This document shows positions 56,305-64,000 of a stretch of DNA of 64,000 nucleotides, in pieces. Under the pieces are notes generated by a model, which was given only the letters and a program-made list of their open reading frames with translations, ran no database searches and was not told the origin of the DNA. The stretch is from Caecitellus pseudoparvulus (taxonomy: Eukaryota > Protista > Bigyra: Bicosoecida): NCBI GenBank assembly GCA_965644315.1, contig CBFFRQ010000056.1:248001-312000 (forward strand), written 5' to 3'. How positions within the stretch are numbered: the stretch's first letter is position 1; each line of letters starts with the position of its first letter. A program made the translations under genes and the position numbers.

Positions 56305-59300
56305 ATGGCTTCTGGTGGCGAAGTGCGGCGGCTCCCAGTTAACGTGAGGGCTGACCAGGATCGTGTTCCTTTCCCTAGGTACTGCGGCTTAAGATTTTCT
56401 CCCGGATTTTCGGACCGTTTGGTGTTCTTTTACGCAGCACGCCCCCGAGTCGTGGCGCGTTTACCGGCGGAAAACCCATCCAGCGCAGCTGCGGAAATTG
56501 GGCCAGCGCCAGCATCGCAAGGCCGGCTGGACGCGCCTGAAGGTGCGCCGCATCTTCTCGCATTAGCCTCACAACAGTCTGGAACCACCAATGCCACAAC
56601 AAGCGGACTACACTCGGGGTGTAGGGTGTACCCTGCTCCGGGACGAAAGGTGCTTATGGTGCCACGCCCATTTGCATTCGATGTGCTCGTCCCGTCGTTT
56701 GAGCACTTCCAGTTTGCAGTGGGAATAGCTGGTAGCGTATGGGTCTCAGGGGAGGACTATGCCTTGAGTGACGAAGCTCTTGATGAGTACGGGCTCGAGG
56801 AAGAGGAGGATGACCACTTCTCCATTGCATCTGCCAACAGCCCCGCGGACGCGTGCAGGGTTGCACCAGGAGAGGACGCCAAGCCTCTCATATCACGCAT
56901 CCCCGCCACTCTGCGCACCGGAGACGCCCATGACTCGGCCTTCTCTGCGCCCGCGTCCTCCAAGCGCTCTTCATGGCTTCAGGCAGGGCAGAGCGTGCCC
57001 GCCACAGCGCCGTCCTCCCGCGTCGTGCTTGGGGAGGACATTCTTGGCCTGGGTGACGACCCCAAAGAGTACCAGTCGGCAGGCCTGCCATCGAGCTATG
57101 TTGGTCTTCCATCGATCGAAGATGCGCACCAGATGGCGATGTCTCGAAGAACGCTTGCTTCCATGAGCCCTTTGTTTGCTGCTGAGGATGCCGGCGAATG
57201 GGACTCTGGCGACGGTTCAGATGGTTCAGAGCGCGAGCAAGATACACCCGCATCCCCAGATGTCTTATCCCACCACAGGAGACCTTCCATGGCGGGCAGT
57301 TCCTCGTCGGATGACAGCCAGGGGAGCAACTCAAGTGCATCAGATGGGCGCCAGGACTCTATTGTCGTCACCGAGGAGCTGTTCACGAAGCCTGAAACAG
57401 CTCAATCGTCTGCCGTGCTCCACGGCACATGGTCTGCTGAAGGCCCAGTTTGTGTGGCGGCGGACATGGGGGCTGGGGGCTCTGCCGTGGACGTGAAGAA
57501 GGAGCTGGTGCTGTGCGGCTATGCAATCGTGCTGGACACGCAGGCAGTTCTCACAAGGGGATCAACATGCATGTCTGCGTCGTTCCGGCATACCTCGGTG
57601 CCACTGCTCCCCGGGCGCCCCCCTGAACAAATAGCTGCACGAGTGCCTCAAGCGGTTGCAGCCCAGGTTCTAAAGAGCGCATGCCACATGGTTGATGACA
57701 CTGCGAGAGGCGGTAGAGGACCACCCATGACTGCCGCGCCTGTCGATTTTGGTAGTGCCCTTGTTCTGCACAGAAGTGCTGAGGATAACACACAGGCTGC
57801 CACCTTTGACATTCCTGCCCACGAAGCACTCACAGAGCTCCTGCACGGGATATCAACAGAGTATTGTGACAGCTCAACGATCCTCCTCAGCACGATGCAC
57901 CAGTCTGAAGCTGCAGCTCTCACTTCACCGGAAAGACATTCTCTCGCACCGTATGACGGCATGCACACTTCCAGACCAATCCCCCCCAAGGGAAGCTTTT
58001 CGAGCACTGAGCGTATTTCGCAGCAGCTATGTTCAGCAGGGTGCGTGCCGCCCGACATGATGGGCTCGCTGCCTTCTCTCCGCGCAGCGTCTGGACTCAA
58101 CGCGGCTCACTCCTTAGCCCGCGGGTGTGGGCTGGAGCACCACCCATTGGGCAGGAAATTGGTGCACTATCTGCGCTCGGCCCTGCTGGCACACGGAGAC
58201 CGCTCCCTGGCTGCACAAGTTTCGCTCTTGGCTGCCACACGGGCGTCAGCGCCGTGTACGTGCCTGCGTGGCAGTGGAGCTCGGCCGCTGGGCCCCCTGC
58301 TGGTCATCCCAGTGAGCAACCCTGCCTTGTGGTACAGGGGACCCGTTTCGAGCGAAGCAGCGAAGTACTTCATGTCTTCCTCTCCAGCACCTGGAGCGCG
58401 TGGCAGAATGCTGTCTGTCAGAGGGGTGCAGTCCGGCCAGCTGCCCCATGACCACTGGTTCTTGAGCATGCCGCTGGACGCCTCCCCGCCCGAAAAGTCC
58501 CTGGAACACGAATCATGTATTGCCAGTGCCGAAGAGAAGGAGCATGCTCGAGAGGCAGGGAGCATCCTTTCCCCGGGAACCAGAATGGCTCTGCAGGCAG
58601 CACTATGCCGGTGTTCTTCGCAAGCACCCGACACGCTCATCATTGTCCCATCACGCCAGGACCAACATGAGCACACAGCCATCAACGTCCTGAGCTGGGA
58701 AAACGGCCGTGAGTGGGCAGCTCATGGCCATTCAGATGCGCAGAAATCTAGCACGGTGGCTGGAGATCGCTTGCAGCTGCGGCCTGTTCATTCCAAGTCT
58801 GACCAAGTTCCTGATCCTGACTCTGCTCAAGATATTCTTCTGCCAAGACATAACCCACCCTCTCCAAGGGGGCAGGAAGGGTCATCAGCTGCCACAATGG
58901 CCAAGCGGCAGGTGGCCGATTCAAGGCGCAGCGCTCCAGTTGCCGCCCTGGGCACCCTCGGGAGCCCACCCACAGCCGCGCAGCCACCTGCCGCCCCGCA
59001 TGCCAGCCCACTGCTTCCAACGGCGGGGTACGGTAGCTTGGGCTCAGCCGCTGCGAAGCCCGCGAGCTGGGCTTCCTCGTTGTACGGAGGTACGCCGGTT
59101 CTAGCTCCATCTGGTGAAACCAAGTCGCAGGTGGTACTTCCTCCGCTGCCTTCTTCGACGGGAAGCACCCCGATCTTGAAGCCAGGTTCGAATTCTGCTG
59201 TCCGCGGAGATATGCGCGTGGGCACCACCATGGCAGTGCTCAGGCCAGTCCAAGCCGAAAGCCTAAGTTGCCCTCCCACACCTCCACATGTACAGCGAGA

Positions 59301-59364
59301 CGTCGAGAGCCTGACATGCGTGGCCTCTCTGCTCATGCATTGGGGAGTCCCAATTACCCAGTAA
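56305..59364 (+). CDS. Hypothetical protein with motifs of the WDR59/Sea3 (GATOR2) C-terminal half
   Basis: RVPFPRYCGLRFSPGFSDRLVFF, HHPLGRKLVHYL...GDRSLAAQVSLL and VASLLMHWGV occur in the same order as the WDR59 PFPR..GARF...LV.F, HPFGR.L......D.Q.LAML and Y...L.RWG. motifs. ORF is open from 56035. Confidence 0.55.
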   Translation: MASGGEVRRLPVNVRADQDRVPFPRYCGLRFSPGFSDRLVFFYAARPRVVARLPAENPSSAAAEIGPAPASQGRLDAPEGAPHLLALASQQSGTTNATTSGLHSGCRVYPAPGRKVLMVPRPFAFDVLVPSFEHFQFAVGIAGSVWVSGEDYALSDEALDEYGLEEEEDDHFSIASANSPADACRVAPGEDAKPLISRIPATLRTGDAHDSAFSAPASSKRSSWLQAGQSVPATAPSSRVVLGEDILGLGDDPKEYQSAGLPSSYVGLPSIEDAHQMAMSRRTLASMSPLFAAEDAGEWDSGDGSDGSEREQDTPASPDVLSHHRRPSMAGSSSSDDSQGSNSSASDGRQDSIVVTEELFTKPETAQSSAVLHGTWSAEGPVCVAADMGAGGSAVDVKKELVLCGYAIVLDTQAVLTRGSTCMSASFRHTSVPLLPGRPPEQIAARVPQAVAAQVLKSACHMVDDTARGGRGPPMTAAPVDFGSALVLHRSAEDNTQAATFDIPAHEALTELLHGISTEYCDSSTILLSTMHQSEAAALTSPERHSLAPYDGMHTSRPIPPKGSFSSTERISQQLCSAGCVPPDMMGSLPSLRAASGLNAAHSLARGCGLEHHPLGRKLVHYLRSALLAHGDRSLAAQVSLLAATRASAPCTCLRGSGARPLGPLLVIPVSNPALWYRGPVSSEAAKYFMSSSPAPGARGRMLSVRGVQSGQLPHDHWFLSMPLDASPPEKSLEHESCIASAEEKEHAREAGSILSPGTRMALQAALCRCSSQAPDTLIIVPSRQDQHEHTAINVLSWENGREWAAHGHSDAQKSSTVAGDRLQLRPVHSKSDQVPDPDSAQDILLPRHNPPSPRGQEGSSAATMAKRQVADSRRSAPVAALGTLGSPPTAAQPPAAPHASPLLPTAGYGSLGSAAAKPASWASSLYGGTPVLAPSGETKSQVVLPPLPSSTGSTPILKPGSNSAVRGDMRVGTTMAVLRPVQAESLSCPPTPPHVQRDVESLTCVASLLMHWGVPITQ

Positions 59365-59390
59365 GCGCGATGGTTGAGTTTGTTTCTCCG

Positions 59391-62300
59391 TCAATGTGGC
59401 GGCGCTGTGGGGGGCCGTTTGGGCGGCGGTGGCGGGGCTCTTGCAGCTGCGGCGCGCACGTCCTGAACAGGAGAAGACTCCGAACCTTTCTCGCCGCGAG
59501 ATGCTGCAGGGGCAGAAAACCTAAAGTGCCTTGGTCCACGGGCTGCCTCGGCAAGAGATGTTGGCGTTACGGAGCCCCTGTATGGCTTCGGAACATCGCT
59601 GACACCTCCTCCAGTTATAGCGACCAGCAGCGCTTTCGGGGCCGGGGACGCTGGCGGGCTCAACTCCCGTGCTGCTGAGAGACTACTGTGAGTCCCAACG
59701 GTGCTGGCGGACCCTGCTCGCTGCTCACTGACCGACCCCACAGCGGCAGCCATGATTGCTGCCTCATCTGCCTCGAGCTCCTGGACAAATGGGTGGAACT
59801 CCACCATCTCCACAGCAAGGCGCTTGGCAGGGTCAGGCTGCAAGAGGCCTTCGAGAAGGTCCCGAGCAGATTGCGGAAGGGCTGACCAGGCTGGCTCAGG
59901 TCTCAAGAATTCACCCCTCATGATGCGGCCCTTGTGCTCTGCAGCGCCACCGAACTCTTTGAACGGCTGACTTGCAAACAAAAGCATGTGGGTGATGATT
60001 CCAAGCCCCCAACTGTCAACTGCGCGTGTGTACTGAGTTTTGGACCAGATCTCTGGCGCCGCGGCGTACTTTGTGCCAAAGAGCGTCGACATCCTCCACG
60101 GGTCATCCTGGATGTTTGGAAAGCTGGTCTGGCTTGAAGGCGCCAATGCTGCACCAGAGGTCTGCTGTGAGGTAGTGGCTACAATCCCTGGGCTCGTGAA
60201 TGATGGGTGGGCGTACGAGGCCAAGGCGCTGCCCCAAGACAAGACTTGGCGAGTGCCACGTGATATCGCCCGGTCACTTGCCGCGAGGCCTCTCTGATGT
60301 TCAAGCTCCGGCTGCTTCGACGTTTGTTGAGAGAGGTCAGGTCCATGGCGCTGAAGCAGTGTCAGGTCCGTCCCCAGTCGCCACACCCGCGAGAAACCAT
60401 AGTCAAGGAGCACAGCGCGAAGTCGGGAGGATGGCGGGACGGGCTGCCCGGCAGCATCCACTGGAGGGCACAGTGGTTGGCGCGAGCCCCGCTCATCACT
60501 TGCGCCCTGCTTCCCCTTCCCCCCTGCAAGGGCACCCAGCCGCAAAGTCTTGCGCAGAGCTCCGTTAGAAGCGTCCAGCGAGGCAGATGCAGTCAGTAGG
60601 CTGGCGCTGGCAGCGGCAGGCACTGCGTGAACGTTGTCTGGCTTCACATCTCGGTGCACGATTCCCATCCGGTGAAGGGACGCAAGGGCTCGAGCAACGT
60701 CGCGAACCAAAATGCGCACAATGGCCAGCGGCAAGCCCAAGCCTGTGCCATCCCCCATGGCGGGTGTGAGAGCAAATGGTGCACCTTGACCTGGAGAGGG
60801 CATCGGCCCACGCACCGGCGAGCCAGCAACAGGTTGAGCATGTGAGCGCACTGGCGGAGCAATGCGTGCAGCTTCTTCGTACACTGGGCCCAGGTGCTCT
60901 GCCCTGTCCGCTGGGGAGGTGAGCAGGGCCACCAAGTCTTTCCCTTCAACAGTGGGCATGGTGTAGTACACGAACTCGTCGTCCTCCGCAATGCCATAGT
61001 GAGGCAAGGCCGCAGAGTGTGAGTAAAGGCAATTTCGGGCATCCCACGCATCTCCACCGCCAGCAGGCAGCATGAGGGGGGGAGCCAGGCCGGGTGCGGG
61101 GCGCCCTTTCGCTGGTGAGAACGCTGCCCAGCCTCTTCCCGCGCCAGATGCCAGCTGGGAGGAAGAGCCAGGCTTTGGTGTGTACAGTGGCACTAAGTTT
61201 GGGTGCTGGGTGAGAGCCACTGTGCGGGAGGCAGGGGCACCAAACACCAGCGGGTGGCTCATGCTCAGCGCAGCCAGCCGCATCCTTTCGAACGCAGTTG
61301 CTTCTCCCAGCAGCACCTTCCAGCGTTTGGAGTCATCTGCAGGGGGTTTCTCAGTGACCTTGATTGCGACAGGGTCTCCACTTCCCGGAGCAGTGCCCAT
61401 GACGACAGAGCCGAACGCTCCTGAGCCCAGCGTCTGGCGCCGTTGAATGCCAACCAAGGGCTGCATGGAGCAGCCCCAAGGCGTCAGCGAAGGAGCAAGT
61501 GGGGGCAGCACAGATTCACTCCCAAAAGAGCTTGCTCGCAACAACCTCGCGCTGCGAGGGCTCCCTTGCTGTGGAGACGGGGAGGCAGGAGCTGGCGCGC
61601 TGGCGTCACTGTCAGCTGGATACAAGAACGGCAAGCTTCTCGCTGCTGCTTGTGCCGCCACTTGCCGAAAAGCACTCGACCTGTCCAGCACAGGGGACGG
61701 ACTGGGTGATGATGTGCTGCCGCCACTCTCAGGATCCGACGCTCGCAGGAGCGACAGCATTAAGGAAGGTCGGCGAGCCTTCCCGGACACAGCCTGTGAC
61801 AAGGGGTTTGACCCCTGAAACTCAGGTGCTGGCTCGCCAGAGTCAGGAACAGGCTCTATGGAGGCGGCATCAGGCACTGAGAGCAGAGCAGCGAGGGCAG
61901 TGGTGGCTGGGGGAGGCAAGCGGAGGTCCGATGTCGCCATAGCCAGCACCGGAGGCGCGGCTCCTTCCAAGACCATGCTGGCAATGTGAGGGCAAGTGCT
62001 CGTGTGCACAGTCACTGGCGTGATGCGGGCAGCATGCACTTGGGCATTCACCGTCGCTACCCACTCTCGCAAGTCAAATGCATCGCTCGCCTGAAAGAGC
62101 AGCGCCGTCGGCTCTCGCTGCGGTGTGGCAAGAATGCCACCCCAGCAGTCTGTTGACAAGTTGCTGTCAGCCCGGGAAAGGCGGCCTGTCAGCGTGCCGG
62201 CGCGTTTACGGCTTGTGTGGACGGGGCTGGCGCTGCCACTGGATGCCAGGCGAGCAGCACGAGCTGCGGCTGCCTTGGCAGCAATGGCAGCACCTACGTC

Positions 62301-62945
62301 TGAGGCTGAGCCGCCTGGGCTGCCCATGAGTGAACCCTCCGTCATGCTACGGCCTCGCAGGAAGGGTGCCGGCCGTCCTGGAGGCGAGGTACGAACTGGC
62401 GACGCCTGCTCCTTCCCAGCCCCCGCACCTGCGCCTGCCCCATGCCACGTTGCAGATGTTTCGTCCAGCTGTTGCTGTGCGGAGGCTTGTTGCGGCCTGC
62501 TGGATATGTCGGGTCCACTGAGCAGCGCCCAAACAAAGTTCCGTTCAGGCTCAGCAGGGTCATCCTCAGACTGACAAACAGCTTGTCGCAGGCCGGGCCC
62601 CCACAAGGACACTGCCTGAATTACTTCTTCTGGGCGGCACGTGTGGGAAGCAAAGACGACGAGAAACGTGCCAGACACCACGACGAACCTCCTGTGCCAC
62701 TCATATGAGACACGGGATCCCCGAAAAGCCGATCTGGATGTACTGGATACACGCTGCTGAAGGTAACCGGAGAAGGCAGTCCCAGATGGTAGGGGTGGCC
62801 ACACAGCAGTCGGCCACTCCTTGTGAAGCCAGCGGAAAGGGTGGAGGGGGCCAACCCACTTGGTACTCTGGTACCACTTGCTGGCGTGCACGTCATGGGA
62901 GGGGTCTTGCACCGCATGCGCGGGCTCAAACTGGCTAGCAGACAT
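59391..62945 (-). CDS. PH-domain Ser/Thr protein kinase (CAMK-like)
   Basis: PH: FSGYLQQR...WHRRFVVVSGTFLVVF...LLFQASDAFDLREWVATV. Kinase: LGSGAFGSV, VAIKV, HRDVKPDN, LLDYGFS, GTKYAAAPE, DSWGLG, ARDLLEGLLQPDPAKRL. Start tentative; ORF is open from 63047. Confidence 0.88.
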   Translation of the reverse strand: MSASQFEPAHAVQDPSHDVHASKWYQSTKWVGPLHPFRWLHKEWPTAVWPPLPSGTAFSGYLQQRVSSTSRSAFRGSRVSYEWHRRFVVVSGTFLVVFASHTCRPEEVIQAVSLWGPGLRQAVCQSEDDPAEPERNFVWALLSGPDISSRPQQASAQQQLDETSATWHGAGAGAGAGKEQASPVRTSPPGRPAPFLRGRSMTEGSLMGSPGGSASDVGAAIAAKAAAARAARLASSGSASPVHTSRKRAGTLTGRLSRADSNLSTDCWGGILATPQREPTALLFQASDAFDLREWVATVNAQVHAARITPVTVHTSTCPHIASMVLEGAAPPVLAMATSDLRLPPPATTALAALLSVPDAASIEPVPDSGEPAPEFQGSNPLSQAVSGKARRPSLMLSLLRASDPESGGSTSSPSPSPVLDRSSAFRQVAAQAAARSLPFLYPADSDASAPAPASPSPQQGSPRSARLLRASSFGSESVLPPLAPSLTPWGCSMQPLVGIQRRQTLGSGAFGSVVMGTAPGSGDPVAIKVTEKPPADDSKRWKVLLGEATAFERMRLAALSMSHPLVFGAPASRTVALTQHPNLVPLYTPKPGSSSQLASGAGRGWAAFSPAKGRPAPGLAPPLMLPAGGGDAWDARNCLYSHSAALPHYGIAEDDEFVYYTMPTVEGKDLVALLTSPADRAEHLGPVYEEAARIAPPVRSHAQPVAGSPVRGPMPSPGQGAPFALTPAMGDGTGLGLPLAIVRILVRDVARALASLHRMGIVHRDVKPDNVHAVPAAASASLLTASASLDASNGALRKTLRLGALAGGKGKQGASDERGSRQPLCPPVDAAGQPVPPSSRLRAVLLDYGFSRVWRLGTDLTLLQRHGPDLSQQTSKQPELEHQRGLAASDRAISRGTRQVLSWGSALASYAHPSFTSPGIVATTSQQTSGAALAPSSQTSFPNIQDDPWRMSTLFGTKYAAAPEIWSKTQYTRAVDSWGLGIITHMLLFASQPFKEFGGAAEHKGRIMRGEFLRPEPAWSALPQSARDLLEGLLQPDPAKRLAVEMVEFHPFVQELEADEAAIMAAAVGSVSEQRAGSASTVGTHSSLSAARELSPPASPAPKALLVAITGGGVSDVPKPYRGSVTPTSLAEAARGPRHFRFSAPAASRGEKGSESSPVQDVRAAAARAPPPPPKRPPTAPPH

Positions 62946-63299
62946 ACAAAGCGTTGCTGCCCTGTCGCCCGCTCTGGTCGATGCTGGCTTGCACCACTTG
63001 GTGCAGCTGCGGAAGTTGAAGGGGACGCACCTGCACCCCTCGCGCAAGCCTGGGAGCCGTGGATCAAACGGGCAGGAAGGCAGGAAACAAGCCTAGCTTC
63101 AAGCGGTATTCTATCCCTTTTTTGTTGTTCGGGGCTTCACATCTTGTGGCTCTCATGTATTGTCTGCGCTGCGTGGCTGGGCAGCAGCGCCGGTTGCCAG
63201 GGAGAAGAGGACACAAGCTGCATTTCAACAAATCCGGACAGGCTGTTGTCCCGCTGCTGACCCAGAGAGGACTGCAACAGAGGAACACTGTCGTACACC

Positions 63300-64000
63300 C
63301 TACAAGCAACGGCGTTCAACGATACCGGCTCCATCCTCCTCGTATTCAGCCTTGGAGATCCAGAGTTGCTGGAACGTGCCGAGGGACGAGAGTACCGAGC
63401 CTCCCATCCACACGCCGAACCGCTGCTCCAGCCGACCTGGAGTCAAAACTCGCGGTTTGAAGGCTTGGGGGAGCATGCGGCCCAGCTCAGAGGCAAACCT
63501 GCTCGTGAGGCCTGGGACAAGGGAGCCCCCACCCGTTACCAGCACGTTGGACGCCAGTGCTTGCCTAAGCTCAGGGTCACAGGCAGACAGCGCAGTGTTG
63601 GCCATGCGGTGAATGGGCTGAGGAAACACCGTTGTCCCAGTCAGGGTCGTGATGGACCGGGGAAATCGGCTCTTTCGGTGCAGCATGATGCGCGCCATGG
63701 CTTGGTGCACTGGGGATAGGGCGGATGCCAGTCCAGGCACAGCACCGAAGTCCACCATGTTGCTATTGTTCAAGCGGGCACCCACAACCATGTATGTGAT
63801 GAGTGGAGCAGGCTCAAAAAGCACCTCTCCGACACAGCGCGCCTCGTGCTCCAGTGCCAGGGGGCTTGTGGAGGCTGCCGCTCCGGGCACGTGGTAGGCA
63901 GTGCTTTCTTCCAGGGATTCGTCACCCTGGTCTTCTGAGCCGCTCGTCGGTGTTTCCACATCATGGCTTTCGCCCACCACCGCGGCTCCTGCAGCTGTGC
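63300..64000 (-). CDS. ARP4: Actin-related protein 4 (ACTL6-like), 3' part
   Basis: GEVLFEP, CDPELRQALASNVLVTGGGSL and RFGVWMGGSVLSSLGTFQQLWISKAEYEEDG...VERRCL. The SLGTFQQ motif favours ARP4 over actin. Confidence 0.85.
   Translation of the reverse strand, partial: TAAGAAVVGESHDVETPTSGSEDQGDESLEESTAYHVPGAAASTSPLALEHEARCVGEVLFEPAPLITYMVVGARLNNSNMVDFGAVPGLASALSPVHQAMARIMLHRKSRFPRSITTLTGTTVFPQPIHRMANTALSACDPELRQALASNVLVTGGGSLVPGLTSRFASELGRMLPQAFKPRVLTPGRLEQRFGVWMGGSVLSSLGTFQQLWISKAEYEEDGAGIVERRCL

Noticed and set aside
59361-59678. Spliced extension of the WDR59-like gene via GTAAGC donor
   Set aside because: The downstream exon would lie antisense within the kinase CDS and encodes no recognisable zinc finger. 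Left as a test rather than a call.
1-64000. Endogenous virus/virophage, retrotransposon or introner-type repeated introns
   Set aside because: No AT-rich island, terminal repeats, integrase, RT or capsid motifs. The predicted introns I compared show no shared sequence beyond splice signals.

Overview
GC-rich, very gene-dense eukaryotic nuclear DNA with short GT-AG introns (mostly 60-80 nt) clustered at gene 5' ends. It reads like a heterotrophic stramenopile or similar flagellate, which is an inference from style and gene content only. I can support 17 protein-coding genes, in order: a multi-TM histidine kinase running off the left edge (its main exon is missing from the ORF track), pyruvate kinase, WASHC2/FAM21 with a 96-bp coding tandem repeat, a degenerate PEPCK-like protein, DNA polymerase eta, ATAD5/ELG1, a PAS-HisKA-HATPase-REC hybrid kinase, a prolyl-4-hydroxylase-like oxygenase, a coiled-coil protein, a CNBD-type K+ channel, a PH-PP2C phosphatase, an SH3 protein, UFL1, a ~4,100-aa EF-hand/WD40 protein, a WDR59-like partial protein, a PH-Ser/Thr kinase and the ARP4 3' end. 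I found no mobile element, RNA gene or CRISPR array. Most notable: (1) the hexamer AAT[G/T]CA lies at or within ~80 nt of the stop codon in 13 of 16 gene ends, twice as a shared palindrome between convergent genes, a candidate non-canonical 3'-end/poly(A) signal; (2) a histidine kinase whose DHp hairpin is split by a ~1,190-aa disordered insert with four HxRxxS sites; (3) a probably lipid-anchored hybrid kinase with a degenerate ATP-binding domain. All family calls come from motif recognition by eye; no searches were run.
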